Positions 18,701 to 26,252 of a stretch of 64,000 bases of DNA are shown here, in pieces. The stretch comes from Eubacteriales bacterium. GTDB lineage: Bacteria; Bacillota; Clostridia; Oscillospirales; CAG-382. Numbering within the stretch: position 1 is the stretch's first letter; each line of letters begins with the position of its first letter. The position numbers and the translations under genes were made by a program. A model generated the notes under the pieces. That model searched no databases and was not told the origin of the DNA. It saw only the letters and a list, made by a program, of their open reading frames with translations. The stretch spans positions 5,067 to 69,066 of the forward strand of contig JAZOBE010000034.1 in the NCBI GenBank assembly GCA_045595785.1, read 5' to 3'.

Positions 18701-19318
18701 GCATATGATATCGGCTTCGGCGGTCTTGATCATGTTATCGCTTCCGGCGAAAACGTTAATATAATGGTATTTGATACCGAAGTTTATTCCAACACCGGTG
18801 GTCAGGCTTCCAAGGCTTCTCAGATCGGTCAGGTTGCACAGTTTGCTGCTGCAGGTAAGGCTATCGGCAAGAAGAATCTTGCTGCTATTGCTATGTCCTA
18901 TGGCTACGTTTATGTTGCACAGATCGCTATGGGCGCAGATAAGAACCAGACTCTCAAGGCGCTGCTTGAGGCTGAGGCTTATCCCGGACCTTCTCTTGTC
19001 ATTGGCTATGCTCCTTGTGAAATGCACGGTGTTAAGGGCGGTATGGCTAACTGCCAGAACGAAATGAAGCGTGCTGTTGATGCAGGCTACTGGCAGATGT
19101 TCCGCTACAATCCTCTCCTTAAAGCAGAGGGCAAGAATCCCTTTGTTCTTGATTCCAAGGAACCTACTGCTGATTATATCGACTTTATCAGCAGCGAGAC
19201 CAGATACAGCCGTCTCGTACAGGCGTTCCCCGAAAGAGCGAAGGAACTGTTTGAAAAAGCAAAAGAGCAGGCTGCTGCGAAGTACGAATCCTATAAAGAA
19301 CTTGCAGAACAGAAATAA
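15764..19318 (+). CDS. nifJ: pyruvate:ferredoxin (flavodoxin) oxidoreductase, single-polypeptide type
   Basis: ~1184 aa from the ATG at 15764, which is preceded by AGGAGG (the track ORF starts 8 codons earlier). Two ferredoxin motifs CIQCNQCAYVCP and CMGCTLCVSACP. TPP motif GGDGWAYDIG. Confidence 0.95.
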   Translation: MSRNKRSMDGNTAAAHVAYAFTEVAAIYPITPSSVMAELTDSWSASGQKNVFGDEVKVVEMQSEAGAAGTVHGSLAAGALTTTFTASQGLLLMIPNMYKIAGELLPCVIHCAARCVASHALNIFGDHCDVYACRQTGFAMMAESNPQEVMDLAAVAHLSAIKGRVPVLNYFDGFRTSHEIQKIEEWDYADLADMLDKDAVAAFRARSLNPAHPVLRGSAENGDIFFQHREACNTYYDAFPAIVEEYMNKVNEKIGTDYKLFNYYGAPDAEKVIVAMGSVCDVAEEVIDYLTAKGEKVGLIKVRLYRPFSPKHLIDAIPATAKKIAVLDRTKEPGSLGEPLYLDVVTALRQNGYTGTIVGGRYGLGSKDTPPSVIFATFKNLDAEEPKNGFTLGIVDDVTGRSLPEEVCPDTAPEGTISCKFWGLGGDGTVGANKNSIKIIGDHTDKFIQAYFQYDSKKTGGVTISHLRFGDKPIKSPYYITKANFVACHNPSYINKGYKIVNDVKPGGTFLLNCQWSPEELNEHLPAEVKRYIADNDINFYTVNAIDKAREIGMGKRTNTILQAAFFALANIMPIENAVEYMKYMAKKSYMKKGEAVVEMNYKAIDAGVDAIVKIDVPAEWKTASACGAAASVSGDRPEVVKFVENIVLPVAKMNGDSLPVSAFVDYVDGTFPQGAAAYEKRGVAVDVPQWIPENCIQCNQCAYVCPHATIRPYALNEEEVASAPASLKSKKMVGKGCENFMFTMAVSPLDCMGCTLCVSACPAKEKALVMKSQESQSEQAEAWNYCVDKVSKKDLPFAPNTLKGSQFQQPLLEFSGSCAGCAETSYARLITQLFGERMYISNATGCSSIWGGSAPATPYTVNRDSGRGPAWANSLFEDNAEHGLGIHLGQKAIRERLIGYVKSLDYSECPECQAKLDAYLNTLDDGQANAVATEAMVKMLEECVCKEACDCCETERKILAEKDYLAKKSVWIFGGDGWAYDIGFGGLDHVIASGENVNIMVFDTEVYSNTGGQASKASQIGQVAQFAAAGKAIGKKNLAAIAMSYGYVYVAQIAMGADKNQTLKALLEAEAYPGPSLVIGYAPCEMHGVKGGMANCQNEMKRAVDAGYWQMFRYNPLLKAEGKNPFVLDSKEPTADYIDFISSETRYSRLVQAFPERAKELFEKAKEQAAAKYESYKELAEQK

Positions 19319-19353
19319 GCTCTTTTCATCCAAAATAATCATGGAGGTAAATT

Positions 19354-20331
19354 ATGTCTAAAGATAAATACTCATCAGGTGACGGTTACATGTATGTGTA
19401 TCTTCTCTCGATAGTCGCTTGCGTCGTTGTAGCTTTAGTTGTGGCACTTATGGTGTTCGGTTCCGGACTTTTTAAGAAAAATAACGAATCCAACCCCGTG
19501 ATCGGAGACACTTCTGAAACTTCAAGCACAGTGTCTGAAGACAATACCTCTTATTCCGATAGTGACGTGAGTGAATCTTCCAGATTCACTCAGGGCTCTG
19601 TCGATAACGCCGTTGTAAACACAGGGTTATTAGTATTGGTTGATTCGAATCACAAATACGTTTTTCCGGAAGAAGACGACCGCGTAAATCTTTTTGCGGC
19701 TTTGAAGGGAAGTAACATTTCCTTCAGTGGTTCCGGTATTACAATGAACACCACTGCTGCAAAAGCACTCAAAGCAATGTGCGAAGCCTTCTACGCTGAA
19801 TCGGGAATGGACTCGGGCGTGTTGGTGTATAACGCCTATCGTTCTTACGATAAGGTCGCAGAGACTGATGGAGCGGACGCTGCCGGCACCAGTGATTTTC
19901 ATACCGGCAATTCGGTTACACTTATGTCTTGGCCCGCATCGCTGGGCGAGATAGGAGAGGGAAGATTTGCTTGGTTTACCGAAAATTGCTATTCTTACGG
20001 CTTTATTCAACGTTTTCCTGCCGATAAAGAGTCTGTCACCGGATATCCTCCCAACGGCACCATAAACCGTGGCGTTGTGTATAGATATGTTGGTGTTTGC
20101 CATGCATATTATATGTATAAGAACAACCTTTGCTTGGAGGAATATCTTGAACTGCTTAAGCAGTATACTCCTGATGCACCGTTGATTATCGACGTCCAGA
20201 ATAAATCCTATGAAGTGTATTACCAGCCTATGGAAGATGGGTTGACTTCTAACATCTATATTCCGGTGGAAGATGCGTATCTCATTTCAGGTAATAACTC
20301 TGATGGATTTATTATAACGATCACCGGTTGA
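19354..20331 (+). CDS. membrane-anchored VanY/M15-family D-alanyl-D-alanine carboxypeptidase-like protein
   Basis: 325 aa. N-terminal TM segment, S/T/E-rich linker, then YNAYRSY...SDFHTGNSV...GFIQRFP, which resembles the M15B SxHxxGxAxD / W..E..GF core. Confidence 0.6.
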   Translation: MSKDKYSSGDGYMYVYLLSIVACVVVALVVALMVFGSGLFKKNNESNPVIGDTSETSSTVSEDNTSYSDSDVSESSRFTQGSVDNAVVNTGLLVLVDSNHKYVFPEEDDRVNLFAALKGSNISFSGSGITMNTTAAKALKAMCEAFYAESGMDSGVLVYNAYRSYDKVAETDGADAAGTSDFHTGNSVTLMSWPASLGEIGEGRFAWFTENCYSYGFIQRFPADKESVTGYPPNGTINRGVVYRYVGVCHAYYMYKNNLCLEEYLELLKQYTPDAPLIIDVQNKSYEVYYQPMEDGLTSNIYIPVEDAYLISGNNSDGFIITITG

Positions 20332-20344
20332 TCAATGTTATTTT

Positions 20345-20372
20345 AGGAAGGCCTTGTGCCTTCCTTTTTTTA
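20345..20372 (+). terminator. rho-independent terminator after the PFOR/VanY-like unit
   Basis: aggaaggc-cttgt-gccttcct followed by T7. Confidence 0.85.
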
Positions 20373-20885
20373 TTAACGAGATCCGGCTGCAGTTGAAATC
20401 GGCTTTTACAGTCTGTGTTCGGAAGGATTAAGAATGCTTTCTGGCTAAAATGGCCCAAAAAAGGCAAGCAAATGCGTAGAACAAATGTTTTGTGCGCGTG
20501 AGCACAATGACGAAAATGCTATCGAGTTTTTGTGCAAAGTGTACATTGAAATCGGCTGCTGTGAGACGGTTTTTTTAACAATGCGTGATTGGCGGTCGTG
20601 AATGCGCGGCTGTGTATAATTTTGTTTAATAAATACGTCGTCCATAATTATATATGTTCATTGTTTTAAGTCGTTGGAATGTTCAAAAAACCTTAATATT
20701 TCAAAGATTTTTTTCGGATACGTTTTAATATTGAATGAATGGTGAATGTTTTGTAATTTTTGTATTAATTTTAATTATATGATAGATGTTTATAATCGGC
20801 AAATAATGGAACGTGCTTAAAAAAACGATTGTTAGTACAAATAGGTAAAAAGCGCACAAAAAGAAAGCAACATATATATACACTA

Positions 20886-20914
20886 TTGACAAAAATGGGC
20901 GTTAGTGGTAATAT
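20886..20914 (+). promoter_or_regulatory. putative sigmaA promoter of the seven-gene ABC-type operon (TTGACA-17 nt-TAATAT)
   Basis: Perfect -35 hexamer at 20886-20891 and -10 at 20909-20914, 70 nt upstream of ATG 20984. Confidence 0.5.
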
Positions 20915-20940
20915 TCATAATAACCAATATAATGTGTATT

Positions 20941-20954
20941 AAAATGCGCATTTT
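20941..20954. promoter_or_regulatory. perfect 14-bp palindrome in the operon 5' UTR (candidate operator)
   Basis: AAAATGC|GCATTTT lies between the predicted -10 and the GGGAGG RBS. Confidence 0.3.
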
Positions 20955-20983
20955 CTCAGAAATCATTTGGGAGGAACTATTTC

Positions 20984-23900
20984 ATGACCAAGTTTAAGAA
21001 CTGCTTTTCCAAGTTAATGGCGGTCTTGCTCGTTTGTCTTATGCTGCTGGGCGATTTTGCTCTTGTCGGCGTTCAGGCAAAGGTTGAGTCTGTTGACGGT
21101 TCTGATTCTTTGGTTCGTACATCCCTTGCCGAAATTGAGAAGTTGCTTACTTCCGTTTCGTATTCCGAGTATCTTCGTGATCACTGGAATGTAAAGGATG
21201 CGACCCAGGAGATCGTTATAGATCTTTCTGCCGATCTTTCGGAAGATTCTACCGCTACAGTCGATATGCGAGCAGACGGCTACGAGAATTCAGGCTGCCC
21301 CGTGCTCCTTATGGGTGATGACGGCAAGCTTGTATTTAATATCGACGTTCCTGAAACAGCGATGTATTCAGTTTACATCGAATACTGGACCGGAGATATC
21401 GAAGTTCTCGCTGCAGACGGTTCTGTTGCAGCTATCGGTAAATCTGCGGACATCGAGCGTGTAATTTATTTTGATGATGCTGTTTCCTATAAGGAAACCA
21501 GATCTCTTTCCTTTACCCGCGCTTGGAAAGATGTTTACACAAAGATTGAAGATGGCAATAAAAAGACATATTTTGATTCTGTAAGTGATTATTTCCTTGA
21601 TTTTGTTCGTAATCAGGAAAATATGTTTGCTGACAGTGATCGTTTGTTCCCGTACGACAGTAATGGCAATGAAGCTAAGCCTACCAAAGAAATCTATGGT
21701 ATGTGGGCTTCTACTTACGTGTACGATACCAGCGGATATTCTTACGTAACTGAATATAAGCGTGATGAAAATGACGATCTGGTTCCTGCAAACGAAGAAG
21801 ATCCTTATTACTATGGTCCTCTCAAGTATTATTTGACAGAAGGTGCCCATACCTTTAATATCGAGGCTATCACCGAGCCTATGGCTATTAAGAGCATCGT
21901 TATTAAGGCTGCTGAAAAAACTCTTTCTTACGAGGAGTATATTGCTAAGCATGAAGCAGCAGGTGCAAAGGATTATACCGGTGAAGCTGTTAAGATTCAG
22001 GCTGAATATCCTGTTCTTACTTCTGACCGTACCTTGTACCAGATTAATGACAGAAAGTCTTCTATCTCTGAGCCTCAGGATTCCACTCTTATCCGTTACA
22101 ACAGTATCGGCTCTAACAAGTGGCAGTATGTTGGTCAGTGGATCGAATACACTGTTGTTGTTGAAGAATCCGGCTTCTATAACATAATTCCTCGTTCCAA
22201 GCAGGAAGATGTTATGGGCTCGTTCGTTTCAAGAATGATTTATATTGACGATGAGATTCCTTTCGAAGAGGCAAAGGATCTTCGTTTCAATTATTCTACC
22301 AGTTGGAAGACAGACGTACTTAACAACGGAAAACAGAACTTTAAGTTCTATCTTGAAGAGGGCGAACACACGATCCGTTTCCAGGTTGTTCTTGGTGACA
22401 TGTCCGGTGTTCTCGGCCGCGTTTCCGACTCTCTTTCCAACCTTAATGAGTACTATAAGAAGATACTTATGATCACCGGTGCAGAACCCGATGAAAACCG
22501 TGACTATAAGTTCCATAAACTTATTCCCGATGTTATTAAGGGCTTGGCCGAAGAAGCTGTAAATCTTAATAATATTGCAAATGACATTATTGCTATTTCC
22601 GGTAGTGCTGGTGACCAGACCGGTACTCTTCTCAAGGTTGCCGTAATAGTTGAGAGAATGGGTAAGGATCCCACCCAGATAGCAGGTTATATGGATACTC
22701 TTAAGGAGTACACTGCAACTCTTGGTACCTGGCTTTCCGACAACACTTCTCAGCCTCTGCTTTTGGACTACATCTCCATTCAGGCAGTAGATGCTGACGC
22801 TCCTAAGGCGGAAGCAGGCTTCTTTGCTTCCATGTGGGCAGAGATTCTTAAGTTTATTGGTTCCTTCTCCGCTGATTATAACTCTATCGGTTCTCTTATT
22901 GAAAGAGACTATTCCAGCGAAGAGCTTCAGAAGTGCGCTATCGACGTATGGACCGCAAGTTCACGTGAAGACGCAACCATTATTCGTAACCTGGTAGATG
23001 ATTCCTTCAACGAAAAGTATAACATTCCCGTTAACGTTAAGCTCGTTGTTGGTTCTACCTTGCTTCCCGCAACACTCGCACGTACCGGCCCTGACGTATA
23101 TATGGGTGCGGGACAGAGCGACCCCGTTAACTACGCTATCCGTTCTGCTGTTTACTCTCTTAACAGCGATGCTCATGGTTACAACTTTAACGATCTTTCT
23201 AAGTGGGAGGACCATCCCGTATATGGCGAATTTATCGATGAAATTGCTACATTTGACGAAGTGACTGAAAGATTTGCACCTGCTGCTATGGTTCCTTTCA
23301 CACTTTATGGTGAAGCATACGGTATTGCTGATACAATGTCCTTCTCTATGATGTTCTACAGAAAAGACCTTTTTGTTGAACTCGGCCTTGAAGTTCCCAA
23401 TACTTGGGATGATTTCTATGATCTCATTTATACCATGCAGTCCAACTCTCTGGACATCGGCTTCCCTCAGGGTACAGGCGGTTCCTTCATATGGGCTTAT
23501 CAGCAGAATGATGATTTGTTTGTAACTTATACTGACGAAGAATACGATTATTATCTTGATCAGCTTCTTACCCAGTACTCTATGGATGAGCTTAAAGAAA
23601 TGGGATGGGTTTATACCGATTCCGAAGGAAAAGTTCGTCCTAAGATCGATGGTATGGAAATTAACATAGGTAGTAACGTAATGCTCGAGACCTTCAAGAA
23701 GGTTTGCGAACTGTTTACTGACTACGACTTCCCGTACTCCTACAGTATTGCAACTCGTTTCCGTCAGGGTATTATGCCTCTCGCAATTGCTGATTATACT
23801 TCTACTTATAATACTATGGTAATATTTGCACCTGAAATTGCCGGTCTTTGGGAGTTCACTCCGCTGCCCGGTACCTATGATGCAGAGACTGAAACCATTA

Positions 23901-24361
23901 ACAACAGTACTATTGCAGGCGTTTCTTCCCTTATAATGATGAACGGTGTAACCGATGAGAATGCTCTTGCTGCTTGGACCTTCATGCAGTGGTGGTCCAG
24001 TGCTGACGTACAGTCCGAATTCGGTAACGAAAAGATCGCTCTGCTCGGTCCTTCCGCTAAATATGCTACTGCTAACGTTGAAGCTCTTCAGAAGATGAGC
24101 TGGTCTAAGGACGAGCTTGATAATCTGGTTGCTCAGTTTAACGCAGTTGAATGTACACCCGAATATCCCGGTTCTTACATTATCGGACGTTTCACAAGCT
24201 TCGCTTTCTTGGGCGCATATAACAACGGCGATAACCCTGTAGAAAAAATGCGTTCATACATTGATGATATTAATAACGAGCTTACACGTAAACGCGGTGA
24301 GTTCAACCTTCCCACTACGGGAACATTTAACGACATAGCGTCTTCAAACGCTAAATCTTAA
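20984..24361 (+). CDS. giant extracellular solute-binding protein (two N-terminal CBM-like beta-sandwich modules, a helical linker and a family-1-type ABC SBP domain)
   Basis: 1125 aa. Has a signal/anchor peptide. Duplicated module: YSVYIEYW..VIYFDDAVSYKE..LSFTRAWKD..YYLTEGAHTF versus WIEYTVVV..MIYIDDEIPFEE..LRFNYSTSWKTD..FYLEEGEHTI. The C-terminal ~480 aa resemble sugar SBPs. Directly followed by permease genes. Confidence 0.75.
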   Translation: MTKFKNCFSKLMAVLLVCLMLLGDFALVGVQAKVESVDGSDSLVRTSLAEIEKLLTSVSYSEYLRDHWNVKDATQEIVIDLSADLSEDSTATVDMRADGYENSGCPVLLMGDDGKLVFNIDVPETAMYSVYIEYWTGDIEVLAADGSVAAIGKSADIERVIYFDDAVSYKETRSLSFTRAWKDVYTKIEDGNKKTYFDSVSDYFLDFVRNQENMFADSDRLFPYDSNGNEAKPTKEIYGMWASTYVYDTSGYSYVTEYKRDENDDLVPANEEDPYYYGPLKYYLTEGAHTFNIEAITEPMAIKSIVIKAAEKTLSYEEYIAKHEAAGAKDYTGEAVKIQAEYPVLTSDRTLYQINDRKSSISEPQDSTLIRYNSIGSNKWQYVGQWIEYTVVVEESGFYNIIPRSKQEDVMGSFVSRMIYIDDEIPFEEAKDLRFNYSTSWKTDVLNNGKQNFKFYLEEGEHTIRFQVVLGDMSGVLGRVSDSLSNLNEYYKKILMITGAEPDENRDYKFHKLIPDVIKGLAEEAVNLNNIANDIIAISGSAGDQTGTLLKVAVIVERMGKDPTQIAGYMDTLKEYTATLGTWLSDNTSQPLLLDYISIQAVDADAPKAEAGFFASMWAEILKFIGSFSADYNSIGSLIERDYSSEELQKCAIDVWTASSREDATIIRNLVDDSFNEKYNIPVNVKLVVGSTLLPATLARTGPDVYMGAGQSDPVNYAIRSAVYSLNSDAHGYNFNDLSKWEDHPVYGEFIDEIATFDEVTERFAPAAMVPFTLYGEAYGIADTMSFSMMFYRKDLFVELGLEVPNTWDDFYDLIYTMQSNSLDIGFPQGTGGSFIWAYQQNDDLFVTYTDEEYDYYLDQLLTQYSMDELKEMGWVYTDSEGKVRPKIDGMEINIGSNVMLETFKKVCELFTDYDFPYSYSIATRFRQGIMPLAIADYTSTYNTMVIFAPEIAGLWEFTPLPGTYDAETETINNSTIAGVSSLIMMNGVTDENALAAWTFMQWWSSADVQSEFGNEKIALLGPSAKYATANVEALQKMSWSKDELDNLVAQFNAVECTPEYPGSYIIGRFTSFAFLGAYNNGDNPVEKMRSYIDDINNELTRKRGEFNLPTTGTFNDIASSNAKS

Positions 24362-24380
24362 CGAGGAGGAGGAAAATCTA

Positions 24381-25316
24381 ATGGCTAAAGAAAAAGCTGT
24401 CGTCAGAAAAGACATTTCCAGATTCAGATGGACTTTAGGTGAGATAAGAAAACACAAGGTTGCTTATCTTATGGTAGCTCCTTTCTTCATTCTCTTCCTT
24501 ATGTTCTATGTAGTACCCGTTGTACTGTCAGTAGTTCTCAGCTTTACCATATTTAATATGCTTGAGTTTCCTACTTTCGTATTTCTTGATAACTACATTC
24601 GTCTTCTGTTTGATGATGAAGTGTTCATTACCGCTATTAAGAACACTTTGATATTTGCAGTTATCACCGGTCCTGCATCTTATTTGCTCTCTTTGTTCTT
24701 CGCATGGTTCATTAATGAGCTGCGTCCGAAGATCCGTGCGTTCCTTACTTTGGTATTCTACGCTCCTTCTATTTCCGGTGCGGTTTACCTCATTTGGTCT
24801 GTATTCTTCTCCAGTGACCAGTACGGTTTCGTTAATGCATATCTTATCGAATACGGTATCATAACAAAGCCCGTTCTTTGGTTCCAGGATACTGATACTA
24901 TTTTCCCGCTTATTATCGTAGTTGCTCTTTGGACTTCTTTGGGTACCAGCTTCCTTACCTTTATAGCTGGTTTCCAAGTAGTTAATAAAGACCTCTATGA
25001 GGCTGGTGCTATCGACGGTATTAAAAACCGTTGGCAGGAACTTTGGTATATAACCCTTCCTTCCATGCGTCCTCAGATGATGCTTTCCGCAATTCTGGCT
25101 ATTACAGGTGCATTCGGCTTCGGTGGTGTTATTACCGCACTCGTTGGCTTCCCGTCTCCCGACTATTGTGTTCACACCATAATGCATCACCTTGATGACT
25201 ATGGCGGAGCACGTTATGAAATGGGTTACGCTTCCGCAATCGCTACGATTCTGTTCTTTATGATGATCGGATGTAACCTCTTAATTACTCGAATTCTCAG
25301 AAAGGTAGGTTCATAA
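24381..25316 (+). CDS. ABC transporter permease (MalF/LplB-type sugar permease)
   Basis: 311 aa with 6 predicted TM helices. EAA loop YEAGAIDGIKNRWQELWYITLP. Confidence 0.9.
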   Translation: MAKEKAVVRKDISRFRWTLGEIRKHKVAYLMVAPFFILFLMFYVVPVVLSVVLSFTIFNMLEFPTFVFLDNYIRLLFDDEVFITAIKNTLIFAVITGPASYLLSLFFAWFINELRPKIRAFLTLVFYAPSISGAVYLIWSVFFSSDQYGFVNAYLIEYGIITKPVLWFQDTDTIFPLIIVVALWTSLGTSFLTFIAGFQVVNKDLYEAGAIDGIKNRWQELWYITLPSMRPQMMLSAILAITGAFGFGGVITALVGFPSPDYCVHTIMHHLDDYGGARYEMGYASAIATILFFMMIGCNLLITRILRKVGS

Positions 25317-25317
25317 T

Positions 25318-26235
25318 ATGTTTAAGAAACTTTCCGAGAAAATCGACCAACGCAGAGTTGCTAGAGGCAAGCAGCCCAAAGAGCAGTTCAAGCGTTCGAT
25401 CAACCGTTCTGCCGGCGGTGACTTCGGCGTTCTGTTCTTCCTCTGCTTGTGTGCTTTGGCAATGTCTCTTCCCGTAATTTATGCTATTGGTCAGTCCTTC
25501 AAGCCTCTTGATGAGCTTTGGCTGTTCCCGCCTCACTTTTTCCCCAACAGATGGGTTATCGATAACTTCGTTGACCTGTTTAAGTTAATGGGCGACTCTT
25601 GGGTACCTTTCTCCAGATACATATTCAATACTGTTTTGATATCTTTTGCAGGTACCTTTGGTAACGTTATTCTTTCTTCCTTTGCTGCTTATGCAATTGC
25701 AAAGATTCCTTTCCCCGGAAGAAATATAATGTTCCAGACAATCGTATATTCTTTGATGTTTAACTCTACTGTAACCGGTATTACCAACTTCTTGCTTATG
25801 AGCTGGCTCAAGATGATCGATACCTATTGGGCAGTAATCGTTCCCGCTTGCTGTACTACCTTCGGTCTCTACCTCATGAAGCAGTTTATGGAATCCTCCG
25901 TTACCGATGCGGTTCTTGAATCCGCTCGTATCGACGGTGCAGGGGAATTCAGAATCTTCTGGAAGATAGCAATGCCTATGGTTAAGCCCGCTTGGATCAC
26001 ACTTATCATCTTTGCATTTAAGGATCTGTGGAACTCCGGCGCCAGCACCTATATTTACAGTGAAGAACTCAAAACCTTTAACTATGCAATCAGCCAGCTG
26101 GTAACCAGTGGTGTTGCACGTACCGGTGTGTCTGCCGCTTCTACCGTTGTAATGATGGTTGTTCCTTGTGCGGTATTCTACATCACTCAGAGTAACGTAA
26201 TTCAGACAATGTCCACCTCGGGCATGAAAGACTAA
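25318..26235 (+). CDS. ABC transporter permease (MalG/LplC-type sugar permease)
   Basis: 305 aa. EAA loop LESARIDGAGEFRIFWKIAMP. Starts 1 nt after the preceding stop. Confidence 0.9.
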   Translation: MFKKLSEKIDQRRVARGKQPKEQFKRSINRSAGGDFGVLFFLCLCALAMSLPVIYAIGQSFKPLDELWLFPPHFFPNRWVIDNFVDLFKLMGDSWVPFSRYIFNTVLISFAGTFGNVILSSFAAYAIAKIPFPGRNIMFQTIVYSLMFNSTVTGITNFLLMSWLKMIDTYWAVIVPACCTTFGLYLMKQFMESSVTDAVLESARIDGAGEFRIFWKIAMPMVKPAWITLIIFAFKDLWNSGASTYIYSEELKTFNYAISQLVTSGVARTGVSAASTVVMMVVPCAVFYITQSNVIQTMSTSGMKD

Positions 26236-26252
26236 GAGAGGAGATATTAATA

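Noticed and set aside
16076-19342. 419-aa and 535-aa minus-strand ORFs
   Set aside because: Both are in-register antisense shadows of the PFOR gene. They are explained by absence of TTA/CTA/TCA sense codons.
20393-20557. 12-nt direct repeat ttgaaatcggct (20393-20404 and 20546-20557), considered as a repeat element or operator pair
   Set aside because: There are only two copies of a short word ~150 bp apart. They have no flanking symmetry, and a chance match cannot be excluded without a genome-wide count.
20445-20645. 66-aa minus-strand ORF in the long intergenic region upstream of the operon
   Set aside because: It has no Shine-Dalgarno sequence, no motif and no partner genes. It is more likely non-coding leader or spacer DNA.
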